This document shows, in pieces, positions 9,928 to 20,581 of a stretch of 64,000 bases of DNA. The stretch spans positions 832,001 to 896,000 of the forward strand of contig JBESAV010000001.1 of assembly GCA_041242255.1 (NCBI GenBank), read 5' to 3'. Made by a program: the position numbers and the translations under genes. The DNA is from Candidatus Altimarinota bacterium (lineage in GTDB: Bacteria > Patescibacteriota > Gracilibacteria > UBA1369 > GCA-2718715). The notes beneath the pieces are model-generated. The model ran no database searches. It was not told where the DNA came from and saw only the letters and a program-made list of their open reading frames with translations. The stretch's first letter is position 1. Every line of letters begins with the position of its first letter.

Positions 9928-11769
9928 TTAATTAGGTAACGGAGCTTCTACACCTGCCTTCTCAAAGTATTCCAAAAATTCTGACCTAGAAAGATCCTCT
10001 TTCTTCAATAAGTCCTCAGAAATTTCAACCATCAGATCTTTATACTCAGTCACAATTTTCTTAGCTCTCAGATAAGCTTTATTCAAAATTTCATTAACTA
10101 AGAAATCAATCTTTTCAGCCATAGCTTCAGAATAATTCTTAGTATGAGCCATATCTTTTCCAAGGAAAACCTCATGCTTCTTCTCTCCAAAAGTAACTGG
10201 CCCAAGTTCACTCATTCCAAATTCAGTCACCATTCTCTTAGCAATACTTGTAGCTCTTTCTAAATCATTTGAAGGACCAGTTGAAGTCTCTCCAAAGAAT
10301 ACTTCCTCAGCCACATAACCAGCCAACAATGATGATAGTTTATGCTCAAACTTCGTTCTAGAATACATATTCAAATCATCCTGTGGCAAAGACCAAGTCA
10401 CACCAAGAGCCATTCCTCTAGAAACAACTGAAACTTTATGCACAGGATCACATTCAGATAAAAGGTGCCCCACTAGAGCATGACCAACTTCATGATAAGC
10501 AGTTATTTTCTTTTCTTTTTCAGTCATAACTTTAGATTTTCTCTCTGGACCTAAAGCTACTTTCTCAACAGAAGACTCCAAAGCTTTTTGAGTAATACTT
10601 TTTCTATCTCTTTTTGCAGAATAAATTGCTGCTTCATTCATAATATTTTCCAAATCAGCACCAGTCATCCCAGGAGTCTGTTTAGCTACTGTCCTTAGAT
10701 CAACAGACTTAGCTAAAGGCTTATTATCTGCATGGACTTTAAGGATAGCTTCACGATCATCAATCCCAGGCTTATCAACAGTTACCTGTCGATCAAATCT
10801 CCCAGGTCTTAAAAGAGCTGGATCCAAAACATCCGGCCTATTAGTAGCAGCCATCACAATTACATTTGATCCTTGTTCAAACCCGTCCATCTCAGTCAAA
10901 ATCTGATTCAAAGTCTGCTCTCTCTCATCATGACCTCCACCAAGACCAGCACCACGTTTTCTACCCACAGCATCTATCTCATCTACAAAAACTATACATG
11001 GCGCATTTCTCTTAGCCTTCTTAAATAAATCTCTAACCCTACTCGCCCCAACACCAACAAACATCTCTACAAATTCAGAACCAGATATCGAGAAAAAAGG
11101 AACATTTGCTTCTCCAGCTACCGCCCTCGCTAAAAGAGTTTTACCAGTTCCAGGAGGACCAACCAAAAGAACACCTTTTGGGATCTTAGCTCCCATTTTC
11201 TGATACTTCTTAGGACTTTTCAAAAAATCAACTACCTCTTCTAACTCTTCCTTGGCCTCTAAAGCACCTGCCACATCTTTAAAAGTTGTCTTATCTTTAG
11301 TCTTATCATGCACACGAGCCTTGCTATTACCAAAAGATATCGCTTTATTATTTGCACCTTGGATACGACTTAAGAAGAACATTAGTAAAAATATCCCAAA
11401 TATCAAAGGTACAGCCATCTCAAGAACAATTCTCCAAAAATCATTAGGTGGACTAACCAAGACATTTAAACCTTCAAGAGCCTCCTTATCCAAAATATCA
11501 GAGACCAGAGCTGTATTTTCTTTATAAGCATAACGCCTTTCATTTTCAGAAACAGCATATTGAATTCGATTTTCGTAAACTGTAATCTGATCCTCATAAA
11601 CATCACCCGACCTCACATCTTCTTGAAACTCTGAAATACTCACCTCAATTGGCGGATTCAAAATCTCATTAGAGTTAGCCAAAAACCAGGTAGCTCCAAT
11701 AACTATTAAAAATAGTATCAAAAAACTGTTTGGCCTTTTCTTTTTAGATAATTTTTTAATTCTAATCAT
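9928..11769 (-). CDS. ftsH: ATP-dependent zinc metalloprotease FtsH
   Basis: Two TM helices, [27 protein letters not shown] zinc motif. Confidence 0.99.
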   Translation of the reverse strand: MIRIKKLSKKKRPNSFLILFLIVIGATWFLANSNEILNPPIEVSISEFQEDVRSGDVYEDQITVYENRIQYAVSENERRYAYKENTALVSDILDKEALEGLNVLVSPPNDFWRIVLEMAVPLIFGIFLLMFFLSRIQGANNKAISFGNSKARVHDKTKDKTTFKDVAGALEAKEELEEVVDFLKSPKKYQKMGAKIPKGVLLVGPPGTGKTLLARAVAGEANVPFFSISGSEFVEMFVGVGASRVRDLFKKAKRNAPCIVFVDEIDAVGRKRGAGLGGGHDEREQTLNQILTEMDGFEQGSNVIVMAATNRPDVLDPALLRPGRFDRQVTVDKPGIDDREAILKVHADNKPLAKSVDLRTVAKQTPGMTGADLENIMNEAAIYSAKRDRKSITQKALESSVEKVALGPERKSKVMTEKEKKITAYHEVGHALVGHLLSECDPVHKVSVVSRGMALGVTWSLPQDDLNMYSRTKFEHKLSSLLAGYVAEEVFFGETSTGPSNDLERATSIAKRMVTEFGMSELGPVTFGEKKHEVFLGKDMAHTKNYSEAMAEKIDFLVNEILNKAYLRAKKIVTEYKDLMVEISEDLLKKEDLSRSEFLEYFEKAGVEAPLPN

Positions 11770-11887
11770 ATGTCAAAAAGTCATTAATTTCATTCTTCAT
11801 GAGGATATATTATCTTTCGTTTTTTATAAAGTCAGAAATAACTATTTAAATTTTAGTTAAGACCCATTAGTATTCTTCAAATAACTA

Positions 11888-12994
11888 TTGGATTTGAACA
11901 CTTACTTACAAAAACTTTTCACAGAAAATGCTTTCTTTAAGAAAGGTCAAAAACCATCCCTTAAGACTGTTAGTTTCTACTTAAAACAACTCAACAATCC
12001 AGACATCACACCACAAACCAGAGTCGTCATATCAGGCACAGCACTCAAAGGAACAACCTGTTACCTCATAGAAAAAATCCTTCTAAATCACAATCTTACT
12101 ACTACCCTTATTACATCACCTCACTTACATGACCACAAAGAAAGAATCCGCGTTAACGGAAAAAACATCTCTCAGTTAGAGCTAGACCAGCACCTTCAAG
12201 ATATACAAAAAGTTGATAACAAATCAAAACATTCACCTAGCTTTTACGAAGCAATGGTTCTCTCAGGAATACTTGCAGCGGACCATAATAACTCAGATGT
12301 TTTAATTCTAGAAGTTGGACTAGGAGGTAAATACGATGCAGTTAATGCTGTTAAAGGATCACGCATATCAGGTCTAACCTTCATCGGAAACGACCACGCT
12401 GAAATCATTGGACCAAACCTTGAAGACATTGCCCGAGAAAAAGCAGGCATCTTCACTGATGAATCTATCCACTCATTTACATGTGAGCAAACCTACTTCA
12501 AGACTATTCAAGAACAAACATCTAAAAAGATTACCAAACTTCCACAAGAAAACATCCCACAAATTCTTGCCAAAAACATATGCCAAAAAATTTTAAACAA
12601 AGAAAATATTCAAGTTCCCTCAATTCAATTACCTGCACGTTGGGAAAAAATACAAAACTTTATACTCGATGGAGCCCACTCCGAACCTAGATTCAAAAGC
12701 TTAGTACCAAAACTCAAAAAGCTACCTCAAAAACCAAATGCCCTAATCGGAATGACCAAAAACCACGACCCACAACAAATCAAAATCATCCTTCCATATC
12801 TAGACCAAGTAACTTGGGTGCCGATCAAGACTAAAGAATCATGGCAACCAAACCACCTCCAAGAAATACACAAAACCGGAACCACTTCAAAAGACATAAA
12901 CGAATCAATGCTTAAAACTAAGGATAATATAACCCTTATCACAGGAAGCTTTTACCTATGCGCCGAAGCCAGAAAAAACCTTCTAAATCTATAA
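11888..12994 (+). CDS. folC: FolC-like folylpolyglutamate/dihydrofolate synthase (divergent)
   Basis: TSPHLHDHKERIRVNG, LEVGLGGKYDAVN, IAREKAGIF, ILDGAH, ITGSFYL; altered P-loop SGTALKGTT; TTG start. Confidence 0.8.
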   Translation: MDLNTYLQKLFTENAFFKKGQKPSLKTVSFYLKQLNNPDITPQTRVVISGTALKGTTCYLIEKILLNHNLTTTLITSPHLHDHKERIRVNGKNISQLELDQHLQDIQKVDNKSKHSPSFYEAMVLSGILAADHNNSDVLILEVGLGGKYDAVNAVKGSRISGLTFIGNDHAEIIGPNLEDIAREKAGIFTDESIHSFTCEQTYFKTIQEQTSKKITKLPQENIPQILAKNICQKILNKENIQVPSIQLPARWEKIQNFILDGAHSEPRFKSLVPKLKKLPQKPNALIGMTKNHDPQQIKIILPYLDQVTWVPIKTKESWQPNHLQEIHKTGTTSKDINESMLKTKDNITLITGSFYLCAEARKNLLNL

Positions 12995-14212
12995 AACCCA
13001 ACATTTTTCAACCAACCCACTCTCATTCAACAAAACTGGAACACCTTTACGGAAAAACCAAGCCACATTTTGCTGCTTCAAGAAATCTTTCAATGGCACT
13101 TCCTTACTCCCATGTTTTGGACCATATTCAACCATCACCTTCATCCCATCTTCAAAACTAACCAAAGAGTCCTTAATATTATCAACCTCCGATTTAAATT
13201 CCTGAATACATTTATTCCAATACCATTCACTTAGTTCCTCCAAATCCATTCTTGAAATCAACAGTTTCTTCTCAAAAATGTAAACATTAAAATCCCCTAC
13301 TTTCTTCATTTTACCAGACTGCGATCTTTCAATCATATCATCTATATCTGCAAAGTTAGCTCGACTCATTTTCAAATCTTTCCTTTGCATAGTCAATTTT
13401 TGCAAAACCATAAATCTCATAAAACCAGGCAGAGACTTAAAATCTTTCACTTCAATCTCCCACCCATAATCTTTCAATACGCAATAACCCTCAGCCCACT
13501 TATCAACTCTCTCTAAAAGATACTCTTCAAGCTCTCTATAGAAGTAACCCATCTCAGAAATCCTTTCAGCAAAACCACTAAACCTTTCATCCAATCTAGG
13601 GAAAATATCTTTCCTTAAAAAATTTCTATCATAACTCAAATCATCATTTGTCGAATCCAAAACAAAACTAATCCCTCGAACTTTTGAATAATTTTGCAAA
13701 TCACTCTTAGAAGCAAACAACATCGGCCGTATCAACTTCCGGTCTAAATCCATAAAATCAATCCCCGACATTCCACTCACGAAAGCCCCTTTCATAGTCG
13801 ACATAAAAATAGTTTCTGCCTGATCATCAATATGGTGCGCAGTAACAATCCAATTACAACTGTAATCCCGCCTAACTTTCTCTAAAAAGTTATAACGAAT
13901 CTGCCTAGCATTCGCCTCTATATTTCCAGGAAATTTCTTAACATCTATACTTTCATTCACAAACTTGATCTGATTTTGAATACAATATCTTTTAATAACC
14001 TCTAAATCACCTTTCGAATCCTCCCTAATCATATGATCTAAATGAGCTACAACCAAGTTATCAGGATCAAACTCTTTCTTAAACAAATCCAACATAACCA
14101 TCGAATCAACTCCACCAGATACAGCCAATACAAATTTAGAAGCATATAACTCTTCCAAATCATCAAACTTACCCCTTAAATACTGATTGAATTTCAACTG
14201 CAAATCCTCCAA
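12989..14212 (-). CDS. tilS: tRNA(Ile)-lysidine synthetase
   Basis: LAVSGGVDSM, AHLDHMIR, EANARQIRY, TAHHIDDQAET, IRPML, RNFLR. Confidence 0.95.
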   Translation of the reverse strand: MEDLQLKFNQYLRGKFDDLEELYASKFVLAVSGGVDSMVMLDLFKKEFDPDNLVVAHLDHMIREDSKGDLEVIKRYCIQNQIKFVNESIDVKKFPGNIEANARQIRYNFLEKVRRDYSCNWIVTAHHIDDQAETIFMSTMKGAFVSGMSGIDFMDLDRKLIRPMLFASKSDLQNYSKVRGISFVLDSTNDDLSYDRNFLRKDIFPRLDERFSGFAERISEMGYFYRELEEYLLERVDKWAEGYCVLKDYGWEIEVKDFKSLPGFMRFMVLQKLTMQRKDLKMSRANFADIDDMIERSQSGKMKKVGDFNVYIFEKKLLISRMDLEELSEWYWNKCIQEFKSEVDNIKDSLVSFEDGMKVMVEYGPKHGSKEVPLKDFLKQQNVAWFFRKGVPVLLNESGLVEKCWVL

Positions 14213-14227
14213 ATCAAAAAGTTAAAT

Positions 14228-14557
14228 CTATATATTTCTCTTCCGTGCCTCAGCCGAAATCTTAGAAACCAACTCCATATCATCATCCGAAACAACCATA
14301 TTTCGAGTTTCTAGACCACACTTTACACACTCAAAAATCAAAACCCAACCTTTTTTCTTATTATAATCCACATCAACAGGCCTCAACATCCCACCACAAT
14401 CAGATAACCTATCCCCTGGCACTTCATCATCCAAATGCTTACTCCAAAGACAAAATCTACAATGATTTCGAATCTCAGGCCTATTCGGAGTATTCAACTC
14501 TCCACAATTCTCACAAACAAACTCCTCGTTCTTATAAATAAAGTTCTTCTTTTTCAT
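14228..14557 (-). CDS. RNHCP domain zinc-binding protein
   Basis: FVCENCG, RNHCRFCLWSKHLD..PGDR...CGG, CVKCG. Confidence 0.85.
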   Translation of the reverse strand: MKKKNFIYKNEEFVCENCGELNTPNRPEIRNHCRFCLWSKHLDDEVPGDRLSDCGGMLRPVDVDYNKKKGWVLIFECVKCGLETRNMVVSDDDMELVSKISAEARKRNI

Positions 14558-14627
14558 ATCACTGATTAAGCACTTACATTAATGCACTAAATATGGTAAT
14601 ATATAAAGATTAAATTAATGTAAAAAT

Positions 14628-15332
14628 ATGTTTGAACCAGACATCAACTTAGGTCAAACTCCTCAGCCACAAACCCAGCCGACTCCAAAACCAGCTCAGG
14701 AATCAATCCTAGATGACAACCAGCCTGATCTTAAGACAGCACCTAAAAAAGCTAAACTTAGCCCACTAAGCGTACTTCTGATCATTCTAACACTTGCTAT
14801 TTCAGCAGTAGGAATCTACTTCCAACTTGAAATAAATGCACTAAACCAAGACATAGAAGCAACCCAAACCGCAATCGAAGCTCAAGCCCAAAACATAATC
14901 ACTGAAGACAACCAAGAAGTAACCCTAAGCACCAAAAAAGTTTTCTTAGATCTAAAAACATCTGAAAGAACTTTCTTCAAAAATGTCATCCAAGACCTAA
15001 ACCAAGACATTATAAACAACTCAGACTTCAGAGCTCAAAGTTACACTATCACACCCCTAGGACAAATAAGTCTGAATATCTCAAGTACACCTCTCAATCT
15101 AAACCCACTCAACGAAGCCGCAAGATTGATCGAAAATCTAGAGCAAAGAAACTATTTCCAAAATGTTTTCATACCTGGAATTACTCAGTCCCTAACAGAA
15201 ACAGGTCTAGAGCAAATCCAGTTCAACCTACAACTATCGCACCAAGACAGCACCATTGCTGACTCAACTGATATAGACACATCAGATGAAAACGATGAAG
15301 AAACAAATCGACCTTCACCAATCCTTAACTAA
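14628..15332 (+). CDS. PilN-like type IV pilus alignment protein
   Basis: Single TM plus coiled coil; LIENLEQRNYFQNV...IQFNLQL; precedes pilO-like and pilC genes. Confidence 0.6.
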   Translation: MFEPDINLGQTPQPQTQPTPKPAQESILDDNQPDLKTAPKKAKLSPLSVLLIILTLAISAVGIYFQLEINALNQDIEATQTAIEAQAQNIITEDNQEVTLSTKKVFLDLKTSERTFFKNVIQDLNQDIINNSDFRAQSYTITPLGQISLNISSTPLNLNPLNEAARLIENLEQRNYFQNVFIPGITQSLTETGLEQIQFNLQLSHQDSTIADSTDIDTSDENDEETNRPSPILN

Positions 15333-15337
15333 AACCT

Positions 15338-15865
15338 ATGAATAAAAAAAGAACTATCACAACCCCACTCCTAATTATTCTTCTTATAGTTATTGGATTT
15401 ATGTGGGTTAGACCAAAATACGAAGAATACCAAAACAAACAAGTCACCCTAGAATCTTTAGAACAAGAACTAGCCGAAACCAACTCCCAAGTTAATCTAG
15501 ACGACACAACCATCGATCTAGACATTACTGCAGCAGACAGAGAACTTTTAGAAAATGCTATTCCTCAAGGATTTGATCAAGACTTCTTAATCGAAACCAT
15601 CCAAGAGATAGCCGAGGAAAATCAAGTTAACAACCTCACAAACATAAGTTTCCAAAGAAGCACAGCTGAAACATCGCAACAAATCAAGGCAATCCAAATC
15701 ACAATTAACGCCGAGACAAACTACAACAACCTTCAAGACTTCATGGAACAACTTGAAAATCACCCAAGGTACTTCAACGTTAAGTCTTTCAGCACAAACC
15801 TAAACACAATTGAAGACACGACGCGAGCTACCTTCAGCATACAATTAGAAAGTTACTACAGTTAA
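15338..15865 (+). CDS. PilO-like type IV pilus alignment protein
   Basis: N-terminal TM, coiled coil, AIP, YNNLQDFMEQLENHPRYFNV. Confidence 0.75.
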   Translation: MNKKRTITTPLLIILLIVIGFMWVRPKYEEYQNKQVTLESLEQELAETNSQVNLDDTTIDLDITAADRELLENAIPQGFDQDFLIETIQEIAEENQVNNLTNISFQRSTAETSQQIKAIQITINAETNYNNLQDFMEQLENHPRYFNVKSFSTNLNTIEDTTRATFSIQLESYYS

Positions 15866-15866
15866 T

Positions 15867-17048
15867 ATGTCATCAACAAAAAAATTAAATTCCATCAACG
15901 AACTAAGTCAAAAAAACATCTCCCCAGATGAAGACTTTATATATGGAATCAACGAAACCCTACCTCCTGGTATCGAAGGTAAAATCCATGACTACGTTAC
16001 CGAAACCAAAAAGGTAACTCTCAAAGATAAAGCTTTTTTCTACAACCTGTTTGCTACCCTTATCAATGCAGGTATCACAACCCTCGAGTCTCTTACGATC
16101 CTCAAAAAAAAAACAACCAATCCAAAGTTAAAAAGAATCCTAAATACAATCAGACATGACGTAGAACAGGGATTCCCCCTTTCCAAAGCCATGTCTAAAT
16201 TCCCAGACACATTCAAAAACTACGAAACAGGTGTGATCCAATCTGGTGAAAACATAGGTTCACTTGATCAAATGCTCCAAAAACTAGCCGAACAAACCGA
16301 AAATAACCAAAAACTAAAACAAGAACTCAAAGGAGCCCTAACCTACCCAACCGTAGTATTTGGAATCCTAATACTAACATCCTTCGTAATGTTTGGTGTA
16401 GTAGTACCAAGACTTGTTAGCCTTTTTGAAGAAAACAACATAGACCTCCCAGCACTAACCGAAGGAGTCCTAGTAATATCCAGAATATTCCAAAACTACT
16501 GGCCAGTCCTTTTAGTAGCTCTAGCGCTAGGAGCTCTAGTATTCCAAGCCTACAACCAAACTGAAGACGGAAAATTCAATATTGATTTATACAAACTCCG
16601 CATCCCCTACTTCGGAAACATCTTACAAAAGTATCAACTTATTAACTTTTTCAGTACTTTAGGTTTACTTCTGGAAGCAGGTACACCCATCCAGCAAGCC
16701 ATGAATATCTTAACTAGAGTTTTAGACAATCAAGTCTACAAGCTCAAAGCATTTGAAATAAAAGCTCGCCTCCAACAAGGTGAAAAATTAGCCACTATCA
16801 TGGAAGATACTCCATTCCTCTACCCTGACACTGCCTGCAAAATGATAGAAATTGGTGAAAAATCAGCCACTACTGATAAAATGTGCCTAAAAATAAGCCA
16901 ACAATACCTACAAGAAATCCAATATTCACTCAAAAACCTTACTACAGTCCTGGGACCAATCGTAATTGTGATCGTTGGTATTTTCGTAGCCATCTTCGGA
17001 CTAGCTATTCTTAGCCCAGTATTCCAGTTAAGCCAAGGAGTAATTTAA
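15867..17048 (+). CDS. pilC: type IV pilus platform protein PilC (T2SS F family)
   Basis: FATLINAGI, GFPLSKAM..FP..F, SGENIGSL, ALTYP, MIEIGEKS; three TM segments. Confidence 0.92.
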   Translation: MSSTKKLNSINELSQKNISPDEDFIYGINETLPPGIEGKIHDYVTETKKVTLKDKAFFYNLFATLINAGITTLESLTILKKKTTNPKLKRILNTIRHDVEQGFPLSKAMSKFPDTFKNYETGVIQSGENIGSLDQMLQKLAEQTENNQKLKQELKGALTYPTVVFGILILTSFVMFGVVVPRLVSLFEENNIDLPALTEGVLVISRIFQNYWPVLLVALALGALVFQAYNQTEDGKFNIDLYKLRIPYFGNILQKYQLINFFSTLGLLLEAGTPIQQAMNILTRVLDNQVYKLKAFEIKARLQQGEKLATIMEDTPFLYPDTACKMIEIGEKSATTDKMCLKISQQYLQEIQYSLKNLTTVLGPIVIVIVGIFVAIFGLAILSPVFQLSQGVI

Positions 17049-17050
17049 AA

Positions 17051-17563
17051 ATGAAAACAAAAAAAGCCTTCACCCTCATCGAACTACTAATAGTAATTTC
17101 CATCATCGGAATACTTTCAACTTTAGCTGTAAGTAACTATTCTAGGATAAGATCATCGATCGAAAATCAATTCACAGTTGATACCCTAGTTCAAGAAATA
17201 AGAAGGCAATCAAAGCTCGCCGAAAATCACCAAAACCAAAGCTGTTACCACATTTACTTTGATATTGAAGAAAACATAATTCAAAAATTCCAAACCAGCT
17301 TTGACGCCCGCCAAAGACTTTGCTCTACTAGAGATGCAGAATCGACAAATATACTTGAGGACTCTGAGCTAATAATCTCAGAAATTACATTAGATAATAA
17401 TCCTCAAGAAACATATGAAATCATATTCACCCCCCCATTAGGAAACCCCATAAATACAAACAATAACCTTCAAGCAAAAATATCTCTCCAACCCGAAGAC
17501 CAACCAGAAAACAAAAAAACAATTCTAATTAATCTCCAAAATGGCTCTATTCAAGAACAATAA
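17051..17563 (+). CDS. type IV prepilin-like protein
   Basis: Class III signal KKA|FTLIELLIVISIIGILS. Confidence 0.9.
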   Translation: MKTKKAFTLIELLIVISIIGILSTLAVSNYSRIRSSIENQFTVDTLVQEIRRQSKLAENHQNQSCYHIYFDIEENIIQKFQTSFDARQRLCSTRDAESTNILEDSELIISEITLDNNPQETYEIIFTPPLGNPINTNNNLQAKISLQPEDQPENKKTILINLQNGSIQEQ

Positions 17564-18197
17564 ACCAGCCTTCTCACTCATAGAAGTATTGATCAGTTTC
17601 ACTATTCTTACAATAAGCCTTATTGCTATTACACAGTTGATCACAACTACCATACAAGCTAACCGAGAAAACACCAGTCGCCTCCAAGCATATTACCTTG
17701 CACAACAAGGACTAGAGCTTAGCCGTCACATAAGAGATAGTAACTGGCTACAAAACATCGGTTTTGACTCAAGTGGGCCACAAAACACCCTATGGCAATC
17801 CAACAATGGAAGCACGGGAAACCTAACGCCTTTAAACCAAAGCCTCATCCTAAACATCCAAGAAAGCACACTTGGTAGCACTCAAAAAAATGTCTCAATT
17901 TCTGAAGCCAACCAATCTAATTCAAATATTTACCTCAATCAAAATCCTCAAACAGGCTTAAAATACTTCTCTCATACCAGAGATACAACATCCATACCTA
18001 CCGAATTCCGCAGAACAATTCAGATCAAAACAGACTTCCAAGATTACCAAAAACTAGAAAACCACCTAGATATTGATGATTTCGAATTATCTGAAAATCT
18101 TATTTTAGTTGAAAGTAAAGTCCAATACGGATCCAATTACAACAGAGAAATCACTCTCCAAACCATCCTAACAGACTGGAAAGAAGGACCATTCTAA
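17541..18197 (+). CDS. type IV minor pilin (PilV-like)
   Basis: KPA|FSLIEVLISF; QAYYLAQQGLELSRHIRD. Confidence 0.85.
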   Translation: MALFKNNKPAFSLIEVLISFTILTISLIAITQLITTTIQANRENTSRLQAYYLAQQGLELSRHIRDSNWLQNIGFDSSGPQNTLWQSNNGSTGNLTPLNQSLILNIQESTLGSTQKNVSISEANQSNSNIYLNQNPQTGLKYFSHTRDTTSIPTEFRRTIQIKTDFQDYQKLENHLDIDDFELSENLILVESKVQYGSNYNREITLQTILTDWKEGPF

Positions 18198-18199
18198 AA

Positions 18200-18598
18200 C
18201 TACTTCAAAACCTTCACCTGCCTAATAGCCAACTTGATTTTTCTTAAAGTTGGCATTTCACCATACCACCCCAGTTTAGTAGCAAGTAAACTACGAACTT
18301 CTTGATCCCAAAAATCTTTCAACGAACAATAAGCCAAATACTTAAGACGTATATCCATATCAGGAGAATTTGAAAACAAACAAATCGACATAACCCCTTC
18401 GTATCTTCTTTCAAAATCTTTTAAAACCTTAAACTCAGGCTTAGAAAGGTAATACTTACATTCAACCTTCTCAAACCTCCTCCTAACACTAGCAATTATA
18501 GAACTTAGCGACCTCCTGGGCCCCTCTTCTGAATCCTCCTTATCCAAACAACTCTCAACCGAATCCTCTCCAGACATATATTCTACTCCAGATGACAT
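18200..18598 (-). CDS. hypothetical (orphan) protein lying within the pilin cluster
   Basis: 132-aa ORF filling the gap between pilins, with its own promoter. Confidence 0.65.
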   Translation of the reverse strand: MSSGVEYMSGEDSVESCLDKEDSEEGPRRSLSSIIASVRRRFEKVECKYYLSKPEFKVLKDFERRYEGVMSICLFSNSPDMDIRLKYLAYCSLKDFWDQEVRSLLATKLGWYGEMPTLRKIKLAIRQVKVLK

Positions 18599-18619
18599 TT
18601 TCTAAAATTATTTTATAAA

Positions 18620-18648
18620 ATTCTACACTCTAACTATACATAAATCAA
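18620..18648 (-). promoter_or_regulatory. sigma70 promoter TTGATT-N17-TAGAAT for the orphan gene
   Basis: Hexamers at 18648-18643 and 18625-18620 with a 17-nt spacer. Confidence 0.55.
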
Positions 18649-18677
18649 TACTACCGCTTAAATTATTACCTAAAAAA

Positions 18678-18686
18678 TGCTATAAT
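18678..18686 (+). promoter_or_regulatory. extended -10 promoter TGCTATAAT for the second half of the pilin cluster
   Basis: Perfect TGnTATAAT 30 nt upstream of ATG 18717. Confidence 0.6.
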
Positions 18687-18716
18687 TATAAGAGTTAAAC
18701 AACTATAAAATTCTCT

Positions 18717-19361
18717 ATGAAAGCCAAATCTAAAAAAGCCTTCACCTTAATAGAACTAGTTATCTCCCTAGGTATTTTTATGATTTTTTCTTCCGCAGTT
18801 ATCTCAAGCTTTCTTGCACTTACCCAGTCAACTACTAAAGCAAATCTAAACAGAGAACAAGTATCCGAAGCCAATCAAGTTTTTGAGTACATCGAAGCCA
18901 TCGCCAAAGAAAACTCCATAGATTACAGCTACCTATCAACTACTCAACAAACACCGACCACCCAAAACTACGCTTTCATATCAGCAGACAAACTCACAAG
19001 AAATCTCATCCGATCAGTCTGCCCTACATCTTCCTCAACCCAAGAAGAATTTTGCCAAATCAGCTCAAACCGGAGCACCAGAAATAATATCAGCCAAGAA
19101 TTCATAACCGACAAATCCCTTTGGACACCATTACATTCTTCCAACCTTAGAGTAATAAGGTTCAACATCACTAACTTCCCAACCGAATCCCCTTTCACAA
19201 CCGACGAACCAATCGAAAGACAAAACCAATTCCAACCAATCACCCACATCACCCTAAATCTGGCCCGCAACAATCAATCAACATTCCAAGAATCCCTACA
19301 AGCCACAAATCCAATCATCCTCCAAACTTCAATCAGCAGTAGATCCTATAACAGCCAATAA
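18717..19361 (+). CDS. type IV minor pilin (PilW-like)
   Basis: KKA|FTLIELVISLGIF; C-terminal ILQTSISSR. Confidence 0.88.
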   Translation: MKAKSKKAFTLIELVISLGIFMIFSSAVISSFLALTQSTTKANLNREQVSEANQVFEYIEAIAKENSIDYSYLSTTQQTPTTQNYAFISADKLTRNLIRSVCPTSSSTQEEFCQISSNRSTRNNISQEFITDKSLWTPLHSSNLRVIRFNITNFPTESPFTTDEPIERQNQFQPITHITLNLARNNQSTFQESLQATNPIILQTSISSRSYNSQ

Positions 19362-20488
19362 TGAATATTAAAAAACACAAATCAGGAAGCGCCATCGTTA
19401 TAGCCCTACTCTTAACAGGAACACTTATCCTTATAGGTGTATCTCTCGCTACAGTCATCAACAACGAAACCAGACAAATAGCTGAAATTATTCGTAATGG
19501 ACAAGCTCAATACCTAAGTGAAGCTGGAACTGAAGTTGGACTCCTATACCTACACCAAACCCCTCGCGGAACCCAACCTCGAAACAACTCCCTCCAAGAA
19601 ACTTTCTCTTTAAATCAACGACAAAACACCACCAACCTAGCCTTCAACAACCAGATCAACTTAACAAACAACCAAACCCAAGAGTTTAGCTTTGAAATAA
19701 ACACCAGATCAAACTTCCTACCAATTGTCGAAGAATTTACCTTAAACGAAGCTCTTCAAAACAGTTCAAACCCTGACATAAGAAAAAATTTATTTGAGGC
19801 TCTCCCCCTCAACCAAAGCGTAACCATTCCGCTTACAGATACAAAAAATTTCGAACTACAATATTACTTTGCACTAGACAGCGGCGTGAATCGTAGAGAT
19901 TGGGACATCCTACTCTGGAAACTATTCGGAACAAATGCTCAAGGTGAAATAGAAAACTTAAGTGAATATTTCCCAGCCACAGGAAGTACCGCCCAAGGAA
20001 ACAAAAATATAAATAACATAACAATTGGCTCATCTTCTACTGCACCAGCAAGTTTTGGAACACTACAAGCACAAGAAGGATTCAACTGTGGAACATTTTT
20101 CCCAGCTCAATCTCAAACAGAACTAAGAACAAACACAAACCAAACAACCTCTTTCGAACCATGCACAACCTCTATTGAAGAATTCCTAAACAACCACACC
20201 AACAACTACCTAGTCCTAACAAACGGAGTAAACACCTCACTATTTGGTGAAAATGAAAATCTATTTGATATCGCCAACATTTACTGGCGCGCCTGCACTC
20301 CAAACTGCAGCGACACCCTACTAGAAACCAACTACCAAGAACAAAAAAATCAATTTCTAGTTCCACAATTCACCAAAGTAACCAGCCTTGGAACTTTCAA
20401 CAATAACCAAAAATACCTTTTCACCTCAGTTAATCCAGAAGGATTCCTACCAGTATTCGACTTCAGTATTTACAGAACCAAGAACTAA
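19361..20488 (+). CDS. PilX-like minor pilin
   Basis: SG|SAIVIALLL without E5; AQYLSEAGTE; TAATG coupling to the previous gene. Confidence 0.8.
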   Translation: MNIKKHKSGSAIVIALLLTGTLILIGVSLATVINNETRQIAEIIRNGQAQYLSEAGTEVGLLYLHQTPRGTQPRNNSLQETFSLNQRQNTTNLAFNNQINLTNNQTQEFSFEINTRSNFLPIVEEFTLNEALQNSSNPDIRKNLFEALPLNQSVTIPLTDTKNFELQYYFALDSGVNRRDWDILLWKLFGTNAQGEIENLSEYFPATGSTAQGNKNINNITIGSSSTAPASFGTLQAQEGFNCGTFFPAQSQTELRTNTNQTTSFEPCTTSIEEFLNNHTNNYLVLTNGVNTSLFGENENLFDIANIYWRACTPNCSDTLLETNYQEQKNQFLVPQFTKVTSLGTFNNNQKYLFTSVNPEGFLPVFDFSIYRTKN

Positions 20489-20581
20489 ACAAGCCACAAA
20501 CACCGCTTAGGTCAAACCAGTATACCCTTCCCTCACCTCAAGTTTACCTATAAAATACAGCCAACAAATCTAAACGATATT

